Source of the DNA: Octopus sinensis
Lineage: Eukaryota
Reading direction: 5' to 3'
Assembly: GCF_006345805.1 (NCBI RefSeq)
Contig: NC_043026.1
Coordinates: 4,960,001-5,024,000 of the forward strand
DNA length: 64,000 nucleotides
Part shown: one piece after another, positions 13,366 to 24,024 of the stretch
How the letters are laid out: each line of letters starts with the position of its first letter
Position numbering within the stretch: position 1 is the stretch's first letter
Program-made: the position numbers and the translations under genes
The notes under the pieces: generated by a model
Database searches by the model: none
Seen by the model: the letters and a program-made list of their open reading frames with translations, nothing else
What the model was told of the DNA's origin: nothing

Positions 13366-13628
13366 ATCTTCAGAATATTACCAAAAAAATTTGGGGGCAT
13401 GGCTGTATGGTTAAGAAACTCACTTTACAAACTTGTGGTCTCAGGTTCAGTCCTACTTTGCAGCACCTTAAAGAATTAACTTCTAATGTTCCAGGTTGAC
13501 TCAAGCCTTCTGAGTGGGTTTCGTACATGGAACTGATAAATCCTATGGTATATATATGTGTGTGTATATTCATGTATGCACATCTACATTTGTACTTGTA
13601 TGTGTATGCATGTGTGTGTGTGTGTGGT

Positions 13629-13677
<49 letters not shown>

Positions 13678-15077
13678 TGTGTGTGGTGTGTGTGTGCATA
13701 TGTCTGCTCACGTCTCCTTGTTTTGACATCTGCTGCTAATTATAAACAAATGTCATGTCAAACAAACAGAGTTGCTTGTCTGCAGTGTTCCACCAGAAAA
13801 CATATCCAACCATTGTGCTGTTCATGTTGGAAGAACTTGGGGAAATATTCTCTTGCTTGAAGCCAGGTGAGGATTGGTGACCCTCATTGAGTGTAGTCAT
13901 AGACTTGACTGAGTGGAACTCACAAGAACCTGGCAAGAAACAAAACAAAATTATTAGAAGGAAAATACAGAAAAGAAAATACATCATCTGATGTATTATA
14001 AAGGTTTTGACATCCATTTTCCCTAACTGGCATGGGTAGGACAGTTGACGAGGAAGCAGTGAACCAGAGGACATTGCTGAGCTCCAATGAAAGATTTGGC
14101 AAGATTTCTACAGCTGGATGATCTTCTTAACACAAGATGCACACATACACGTGTGTGTGTGTGTGTGTGTATGCATGCATAAGATTATATGAATGAATAA
14201 ACATGGGTTTACCTATGTTTGATAGCACACCTGATTTTGTATGCTAGCATGGGTTAGGTGAATATATTATTGTAGCCTTGTTTTACAGACAGACAGACTT
14301 CATATTGCTCACCCAAAACCATTTTGCAAGAACAAAAGTTCTTATTTCCCATGTCTTCCAAGGTGCGGGTGATTGGTTGACAGATGTTTCTGCTTGGAGC
14401 AATTTAAAAGAGATTGCAAACATAAACAAATGCACAGACACCTACGCGCACACACACTCAGCTCGAGTTCACTGCTTCCTGTAGCAGAAACAGCTGGAAG
14501 CTAATGAAGGTGTCTACGTAACTCTTGTTCTTTTGTCATTCATTGATTCATATCTATAAACATACATAGACACAAATATTTATACATAGGTATGTGAAGG
14601 TATATTCATATAATTACACATGTGTGTCTATGTATATGTTAGTGTGTATGTGTGTATATATATATATTTATATTAATATTATTTCACCGAAGTAACAAAG
14701 TGACCCAAGATCCAAAAGTTTCTTTTATTGGCATTTATATAACTGGTTTTTGGGAGGTATATTCCCAGACCTCCAAAGAACCAGATTGATGAGTGTCAAC
14801 ACATGAAACTCTCAGATCTTGAGTCACTGAGTTCGTTCTGCTCAATAATAATAAAAAATACAATACACATATACTTACATGTCAAGTTCTATTTTTCCCA
14901 TTTGCACCTGTATATATATAGTCAACACCTTCAGCCCTTTTGCTACCCTCTCATATTTACCACACCCCTCTAATACACATAACTTATCATTCACTTCCAA
15001 TATCACACACCCTTCATATCCCCCATGTCACTGTCACCTGTGTCCCTACTGCCACGCCCCTATCACCCCCACCTCTA

Positions 15078-15831
15078 TCTTTCATCTCTCAATCACTCTC
15101 TCTTCTTCTTTTTACTCTACTATCTTACTGCTGTGACAAAGATTGGCAGTAAATCTCTTCTCTTCACCATTCTTCCAATGAAACTAGGGATGTTACTGGA
15201 CCTACCTGGGTCTCTCCCTAACACCCAAACCACTCCTTTTCATATATTTATTACCCTAGATCTCTCACACATTCCAAGGCATATGTGAAACCCAGAGATT
15301 GAGGGGAACCTTTAGTTTTGTCAAGGACATGGCGATTGTCTCTAGCGATAGTGCCATAAGATGCACCCAGTGTACATTGTGCAGTGGTTGGTGCCAGGAA
15401 GAGCATCCAGCTGTGGAAAGATAACCAGAAAATGTAACTTCAGGCAAGATATTCTCTGAACCATCCAACCGATTCCAGCATGGAAAGTGGGAGTAAAATG
15501 ATGATCATACATACATACAGACGTATGGATGTATAAATATACATATGTTCATCCTTGTGTATATATTATACACATTCATTCATATATATGTATGCATGTG
15601 TATATAAATACATCTACGATTAGATTAAAGTCTAATTATTATGAGGGGTTTTGTAGGTTTTTCTTCCCCAAAATAAACCAAGTAGAATGGCACAAGTGAA
15701 ACATAAACATTCATTCCAATTTAATTTTACAATAGAAATATTGGCAATTATCTGCTTTTCTCTTTATAAACTTTGTTGTCAACAACAACAGCAATAACAA
15801 CAACATAGCCTTATCCAGCTTTTCCCCAAAA
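15078..15831 (+). repeat. ~750 bp segment duplicated at 21843-22596
   Basis: Alignment by eye gives roughly 95% identity; the 3' ~330 bp are almost identical. Confidence 0.95.
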
Positions 15832-16915
15832 TGACCTTGCTCTAATTGCTGAGTCACTATCAGAACTGGAGGAGAAGTTTCAGGTGTGGAAACAAGGATT
15901 AGAATCGAAGGGCCTTAGAATCAACCTAGCCAAAACCAAAGTCCTAATAAGTAGGAAGGTGGACCAATCACAAACGACTTCAAGTAGATGGCCCTGCTCG
16001 ATCTGTAAAAAAGGTGTAGGTAGAAACTCTATAAGGTGCACCAAGTGTAAGCTATGGACACATAAGAGGTGCAGCAATGTCAAAGGAAGGCTAACTAGGA
16101 AAAGAGTTTTTGTCTGTGGCAGATGCTCAGGAGCAATAAACACTGGAAATGTGCAGAGACCAACTTCTACCACGTTCCAGGGAGACAAACTAGAAGTAGT
16201 TGATAGCTTCCGCTACCTAGGAGACCAAGTCAGTAGCAGGGGGGTGTGCTGAAAGTGTAACTGCTAGAGTAAGAATAGCCTGGGCAAAGTTTAGAGAGCT
16301 CTTACCCTTGCTGGTGACAAAAGGCTTCTCGCTCAGAGTAAAAGGCAGACTGTATGATGCATGTATACGTACAGCCATGATACATGGTAGTGAAACATGG
16401 GCCGTGACTGCTGAGGACATGCGTAAGCTTGCAAGAAATGAAGCCAGTATGCTCCGATGGATGTGTAATGTCAGTGTTCATAATCGTCAGAGTGTAAGTA
16501 CCTTGAGAGAAAAGTTGAACCTAAGAAGCGTCAGTTGTGGTGTGCAAGAGAGACGTTTGCGCTGGTATGGTCATGTGATGAGAATGGCTGAAGATAGTTG
16601 TGTGCAAAAGTGCCACATCCTAGCAGTTGAGGGAACCTGTGGGAGAGGTAGACCCAGGAAAACCTGGGACGAGGTGGTGAAGCATGACCTTCGAACTTTA
16701 GGTCTCACCAAGGAAATGACTAGAGACCGAGACCTATGGAAGTATGCTGTGCGTGAGAAGACCCGGCAAGACTAGTCAGGCCATAACCCGTGGCCCCTAC
16801 CTGGGACGTAGTCAGTCCACCTGTGCATACCTTCCTTCTTGTGACACTTGTGAAGACCTGTTGAGGCAAGTGAAAATCAAAATCAAAATCAAAATCAAAT
16901 CAAAACAAATCAAAA
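15832..16915 (+). mobile_element. 5'-truncated RTE LINE with a PHD-type finger inside the RT C-terminal region
   Basis: DDLALIAES...WKQGLESKGLRINLAKTKVL, WPCSIC..CTKC..WTHKRC..FVCGRC, LEVVDSFRYLGD, RRLRWYGHV and GRGRPRKTW, followed by an (AAAATC)n tail. One stop at ~16250. Confidence 0.95.
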
Positions 16916-17343
16916 TAGATGAACATCAATGGAATTTGTATCTAAAGCGATAGTAGAAGACACTCTGTGTTCAATGGAATTGAACCCAGAGCCATGTGGG
17001 TGGGAAGCAAGCTTCTTAACACACAGCCAAGCTGTGCCTATTATTTATATATGTGTGTGTGTATGGGTGTGTGTGCGTATACACACATACACAAATGGCA
17101 TACATATACCCTGGCAGACACACACACACACACATTAAATATTATATATATATATAGTGTGTGTGTATATTATGTATAATCATATATATTATGCATCTAT
17201 CTACGCACAGATAGATAAATGTATGTACGTTTATATATGTGTCCGTATGTGTGTTTCTAAGTATGTTTCTTTTTGTACCTCTAGCGGGAACCTAGCACAC
17301 TCACAAACACACACACACACACACATATATGGGCATACACACA

Positions 17344-17389
<46 letters not shown>

Positions 17390-17562
17390 CATACATACAC
17401 CTAAACACACACACATTCCTGGCATTCACTGTTAGAATAATTGGTGTCAAGGACTTGCCATTTGTCTACATGATCAAATACATAACAGATTGTGTGCTAG
17501 TTTCACACTACACACACACACACACACACACTACGCACGCACACACACTAAACACACACTCG

Positions 17563-17915
17563 AACCGTTAACGCCCACTTTTTCCTGCCTCGTGACTTGT
17601 GATTTTTCTTTTTACATTTTTGCTACACTTTGAACGAACTGAACTCAGAGGCCAAGACTTCAGGCTGAGATTCAAACGCAATTATTGACTTTGGTAAGTC
17701 ATCTTGTGATAATTATTTTAATTAACAATTTAGTAACGCATTTACTTTGTTAAATATTCATTAGACCTATTTCAAACATAAATATACTCTTCTACAGAAA
17801 ATTATTTTATTTTCAAGCAGTATATTATACACGAGAAGCTATTAAACCTTGCCAGGATTTGAACCCAGAATAAATACCTTAGGATAACTGCAATATTACT
17901 TTTTCAGTCTGGTAA
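17563..17915 (+). other. Candidate non-coding 5' exon, ~124-nt intron and exon (copy B); plausible 5' end of the 24-29.6 kb gene
   Basis: ...TTGACTTTG|GTAAGT at 17694, acceptor TTTTATTTTCAAG/CAG at 17817/17820, and a further possible donor CTG|GTAAAT at ~17912. The upstream flank is homologous to 8750-8940. Confidence 0.5.
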
Positions 17916-18149
17916 ATATTTTAACTGTATCTAATTGTCGAACTGCTAGGTTAGGAAATATACCAGATATTTTAATTGAATTGAGAGTACTAACACATTT
18001 ACAGTATGTTTGAATGACGGGAACTATATATCTATATATATCTATCTATCTATCTACTATCTATCTATCTATCTATCTATATCTATCTATCTATATCTAT
18101 CTATATATCTATCTATCTATGTCTGTCTGTCTGTCTGTCTCTGTCTGTC

Positions 18150-18182
<33 letters not shown>

Positions 18183-20845
18183 ATATATATATATATATAT
18201 ATATGTTTATGGTATATTCTGTTAGCAACTCGTTATCCAGTAGTAATATTGAACGTACTTCCAGGTTTGCGTTTGGGCATCTGTCGTGCGTGAATATATA
18301 ATTGAAAAAAAAAAATTGGGATCAACAAGAAGAAATATGGTTGGACATTTCTTTTCATTCACTACAATTGTTTCTGCGCAATGTAGTTCTCCAGGTATGC
18401 AGGTACTTGATTATACGACCATTTCCCTGCATTATGCAACCACGTTGTTCTGGGTTCAGTCCCACTGTGTGGCACCTTGGGCAAGTGTCTCCTACTATAG
18501 CCTCGGGCCAACCAAAGCCTTGTGAATGGATTTGGTAGACGGAAACTGAAAGAAGCCCATCGTACATAGAAAAGAATAAAAGAATGCTTATATTCATGCA
18601 CACACAGTCACATTCACGTTTGTATTTATTTCCTCCTATCATTATGCAGACTCTCAAATATGTATTTGATACACTCTGTATATTTTCACAGGAGACAAAA
18701 GATTTATCATCGTTATTGTTCCACTTCCTCCTCAACTACTTCTTTCTTTCTCCATGGAAGTCTTTGACAGGGGTTACGCATGTAGAGAGAAGGGATCTTC
18801 CAGATTTAAAACACCCTAAACACACTGTATGTCCCATGGATACTCTTTCAACTCCATTAGTTGTTCAGAGCCCCAAGAAAGGGTATTAAATATATACATG
18901 CGCACGATCGTGTTTAAGGGTCACTTTTTCTCTGCTTCCCCCGGTCAACTGAGACTTCATTGAGGCAGTTTTTTCTATGGATAGATGCTCTATTTCCAAG
19001 CAAGCTAATATCTTCTCTGGCCTAACAAACTGCAGACAGCCAAACTGTATGCTTTGTTACCAAGCACCAGACACAACGCAACACAACTACATACTTACTC
19101 ATATACAGCCAACACACACACACACACGTATTATTCATACGCATATACATTCAAATAGTTGTGTGTATAAACAGGTACTCTCTCTCTCTCTATCTCTCTC
19201 ACACCCCACCCACACATCCAACATAGTGGCGTGAGAAGAGGGTTGTGTAACGGGATGGGGAGGACCAATGTGGAGAAGTATGGTGGTGGTGGAGTAGCAA
19301 GGAGGTGTGACGTGGAGCAAGGATTTGGTACGGGACGGTAAGGTTTGTTTTCACCTTAAAATGTTTCTCATGTTTTTTTTTCTCATGTCCATCAGTTTTG
19401 GACATCATTATCTTTCATTATATTATCGATCCCAACAGGAATTCATTGCATATTTATTGAGCTCTGTCTTAACACATCTCATGTGGAAAATAGCTGCTTC
19501 CATATGTTTTATAACTTATTTGTATTATCATATATGCACACACTCGTCACATACAGGCTGCGATGGGTAAATTGTCGCTCTTTTATATTTCTAATTTCGT
19601 ACACACACAATGGTTGGTTGTTTTTGATTTTGTCGACTACACAGTATAGTAGGGTCAGATTGTATGCACATCAAGAAGTAATACTTTAAGGATGAAACCA
19701 GTAGTACACCAGCAGGGTATACAATATACTTCCTTAATTACCTCCTACTGAAGTTAAAATTGTCATTAGGAATGAACTACACGTGTTTCAGTATTGGAAG
19801 GTTATCATTCAACCATGGTAGTGGTTGAATATATTCTTAAGTTCACCATTCCGTCAATCCAAGCTTCACCACTAATTCAGTTCTCAACTAAATTGCCAAC
19901 TGTTAACAGTCTTAAAGAGGACACCTCCTCGGCTACACTTTGGCATAAATAGTTTTAGATTTGGTTCAGTGGAAAAAAAGTTACATCAAAATATCTGCGA
20001 CCTATAGAGGGGTGGGGGGCAGTAAGGCACCTATTCACCTTCAATTAACGTAAACTTTTTAATTTTAAAATAAAAGTATACTTTTCTTCGGCTTAAATGA
20101 GAGAAAAATGTATGAGGAATTCAGAGTCGTTAGTTGCACTGAACAAAAATTCGTAGAAGAAAAGTCATGGGGTGAAATGCCAGGAAATTTCGTGTCAGTA
20201 AGAGAGAAGGAAGTAATGCTTCAGCTATAAGAATATTAAAGAATATATTGCTAAAATGAATGTTTCTGTTCCAAGGGAGTGAGCTGGCAGAAACATTAGC
20301 ACAGGGCGAAATGCTTACGGGTATTTCGCCTTTGTTTACATTTTGAGTTCAAATTCCACTGAAGTCAAATTTGCTTTTTATCCATTTCGGATCTATTCAA
20401 TTTGACGTCCAGATTATTTAATTAACTTTTTTTTAACTAAACACTTTCAAACTTCAAATACTGGTAGAATGTGTCACATACAACAGGGTTTACTCTTAAC
20501 GTTTTTGACAAAATTTTGTATTTTAGAAGTTATTTCGTCACAAGTTACTGAGTGACAATGGACAAATTTGTGTTTGATAAGCGCCAATACATGAAACTCT
20601 CAGCTTTTGACTTACTCTCTAACTTCTGCCGATGATATATATATGAATATTATACATAGATTGTAAAAAAAAATCTCATCCCGCAATCAAACCAATGAAA
20701 GAGCCTCTATCTGGTCGCTCAACATGCTAAAAATAGCAGTCAATGTATCCCCCTACCCAGTATTTTATAAGGTAAAATCTTAAATTATTAATTGACACAT
20801 CATTAATTATGTTATAACAGCAATGTCTGGAAAAATCATGGATTA

Positions 20846-21404
20846 CATGGAAAAATGTGAGCATGAAAAGTAATATTCTTAAGATTATAAACCTGGAAAA
20901 GTACAGGACAAGTTATTACACCTGTAAAAGTTTAGGACAAGCTATTTCACCTGTAAAAGCTTAGGACAAGCTATTACTTCAAGTAAAGTAAAGATTAAGA
21001 AACTTTTTACTTAAAATATTGCAGCTAAAATAAAATTTGAATATTAAAACTTATTATAGTTTACAAATAAACACTATACTTATTTAAGTAGAATTTAGCT
21101 AATTTACTACCTTAAATACAGAAAAAAGTGACTAATTAGACAAACTTACAAATTAGCTGAACAGTTTGTACAATAAATTTAAAAGATGAGAACTGTAAAG
21201 AGTGTAAATTAGAAGAACTGGAATTCTTGGCTGCAATATTTTAAGTAAAAACTTTCTTATTCTTTACTTGAAGTAATAACTTGTCCTATACTTTTACAGG
21301 TGTAATAACTTGTCCTATACTTTTACAGGTGTAATAACTTGTCCTGTACTTTTACAGGTTTATAATCTTAAGAATATTACTTTTCATGCTCACATTTTTC
21401 CATG
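20846..21404. mobile_element. Foldback/MITE-like non-autonomous DNA element with ~180 bp TIRs
   Basis: Arms 20846-21025 and 21230-21404 are reverse complements. Each holds three ~29-bp subterminal repeats (ACCTGTAAAAGTxxAGGACAAGxTATT). Flanked by TTA|CATGG...CCATG|TTA. Confidence 0.85.
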
Positions 21405-21842
21405 TTATGAATATGTGTGTGTGTGTGTGTGTGTGTGTGTAATCATAAGATTTACAATTCTACCATCTTCAGGTTCTTTTTCAAAATATTGTTAACCTAA
21501 TTTTACATCACCTTAAAACTAAGCATTAAATTAAACATTAAAAATATAAAATTAAAAAATTAAACTTTACAAAATTAAGAATTAAAAATTATAGATTATA
21601 AATTATGAATATAAATTAGCATACATTTATCAAACTTAGAAAGTCAAGTATAGAATGTCAAATATAAAATATAAAATTATACATCAGAATAAAGATATCT
21701 GTGATTAAATGTGAAAAATAAAGATACCTATCCTCTTTTGATGGAGTCAGAAGTCATTCAAAATGTGTCTGTCTATATATGTGTATGTATGTGTGTATAT
21801 ATATACATATACTTATTAATAATTAGCAGAAGTATCTTTCTT

Positions 21843-22596
21843 TCTTTCATCTCTCAATCACTCTCTCTTCTTCTTTTTACCCTATCTTATTGCTGTGACA
21901 AAGATTGGCAGTAAATCTCTTCTCTTCACCATTCTTCCAATGAAACTAGGGATGTTACTGGACCCACCTGAGTCTCTCCCCAACACTCAGCCACTCCTTT
22001 TCATATATTTATTACCCTAGATCTCTCACCCATCCCAAGGTATATGTCACACTCAGAGATTGAGGGGAACCTTTAGTTTTGTCAAGGACATGGCGATTGT
22101 CTCTAGTGATGGTGCCATAAGATGCACCCAGTGCACATTGTGCAGTGGTTGGTGTCAGGAAGAGCATCCAGCTGTAGAAAGAAAACCAGAAAATGTAACT
22201 TCAGGCAAGATATTCTCTGAACCATCCAACCCATTCCAGCATGGAAAGTGGGGGTAAAATGATGATCATCATACATACATACAGACGTATGGATGTATAA
22301 ATATACATATGTTCATCCTTGTGTATATATTATACACATTCATTCATATATATGTATGCATGTGTATATAAATACATCTACGATTAGATTAAAGTCTAAT
22401 TATTATGAGGGGTTTTGTAGGTTTTTCTTCCCCAAAATAAACCAAGTAGAATGGCACAAATGAAACATAAACATTCATTCCAATTTAATTTTACAATAGA
22501 AATATTGGCAATTATCTGCTTTTCTCTGTATAAACTTTGTTGTCAACAACAACAGCAATAACAACAACATATCCTTATCCAGCTTTTCCCCAAAAA
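21843..22596 (+). repeat. Second copy of the ~750 bp duplicated segment (15078-15831)
   Basis: Alignment by eye; includes the same SINE fragment and (CAA)n tract. Confidence 0.95.
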
Positions 22597-23402
22597 TATG
22601 TTGTTGTTTAGTCCATGTATATTCAAAGAGCTGACATCCTGAAGGAGGTCTCTTTTATTTTTCATTCTCCTGGGGTCAATAGAGTAAAGTAACAGTCATT
22701 ATTTCATAGACCAAGGAGGCGGTGGAGGATCATTCTGATGATGATGGGTCACCACAATGTCATTAAACACCCCCACCAATATTTCCTAATCCACCTCATT
22801 AAAACCCCAATACTTCATAATAAACTACACCAAGTTATAACTCCTCACCTCACACAAAACAAAACACACTTCACCTGCCAAACCCCTTTTTCATACAAAA
22901 CATCTTTCTCATTGCTACCCAAACATTGTCCCTTATATTAAAGATAATTAAGATGAACTTAACTTTCATTAATTGGGCTAATTCATTAACCAATCTTTAT
23001 TATCTCAATCAGCAAAATAATAACGATCCTCTCAACATGCTGTCTATCAGTGTGATTATATGAAAGCCCATCTTTGGATAAGCTTTCCGAGTTAATCAAT
23101 GTTGTGTATGATAATTGTGTGGATTATATTGAAATGTCGAGAGATTTACAGCATTTGTCAGGTTAAGAACAGTTTCATCTCCAGCTTTATTGGTATCTGT
23201 GAATCCAAGTAAATATGATGGAAACCAAGCCAACCATGACTGTCACATCATTTCCAGTGCATATAATTATTAATAATACTTATATTCCTGATTTGTAGGG
23301 ACGTGGTATTTCATTATGCAACCATAAATTCCTGTAAAATATATTAAATCGTGTTAGAAGTCAACACCACATTCTACTTTGTTAGCAGTGTTTTTCACAT
23401 TA

Positions 23403-23625
23403 TTCTATTGATATTCCATAGAAATTATGGTTGGCTCTGATTTTTTGCTAAAACATTTCCTATCGAGATGTCAGATGTAAACAAACAATGAGATAAACAA
23501 TGAGAACAAACAACAGATGTTTTTCTCTTTGATCTCATTGTTTGTTTCCGTCTGACATTTCGATATGAAATGTTGTAGCAGGAAATCAGTCCTGGCTATA
23601 ATTTCTACCGATAATATCTGTAGAA
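23403..23625 (+). repeat. Imperfect inverted repeat (~92 bp arms, ~37 nt loop)
   Basis: 23403-23494 is the reverse complement of 23532-23625, e.g. ACATTTCCTATCGAGATGTCAGATGTAAACAAACAATGAGAT vs ACATTTCATATCGAAATGTCAGACGGAAACAAACAATGAGAT. Confidence 0.85.
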
Positions 23626-24024
23626 ATAACCTCAACAAAATATTTATATTCCTTCTTACTACAACACTTTTCACCATCACTATATTCAGTCAATAAAGAT
23701 AATGGTGTATTTATATCTTCAAGTTTTATTTCTAATGATTATTCCATTGGAAACAGTTTAAATGTTTAACTTCACTGTCAAATAAACAATTTGTTTAATA
23801 TATTTAATGAAATGTGTGTTTTCCTTGAAATTCTTTGAATGAATCAAGTAAATATTATTTTATCAAAAGCTTTTCACAAAACTAATAAAGTTTCCATTTT
23901 ATTTCAGCTTTCATGTAAAAATTAGTGAATTTTGAAGAGATAAATTGTATTCCAAAGGAAGAAAACAAAATCCACAGAAAAGAATATATTTAACAGAAAA
24001 AGATAATAATTCTATATTCATAAA

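Noticed and set aside
20890-21360. 29-bp repeat arrays resembling a CRISPR
   Set aside because: No spacers, eukaryotic context, and the repeats are subterminal arrays of an inverted-repeat element.
22620-23400. Possible minus-strand coding remnant upstream of the giant exon
   Set aside because: Stops in all frames and only a fleeting resemblance (YKYFVEVIS) to module 6.
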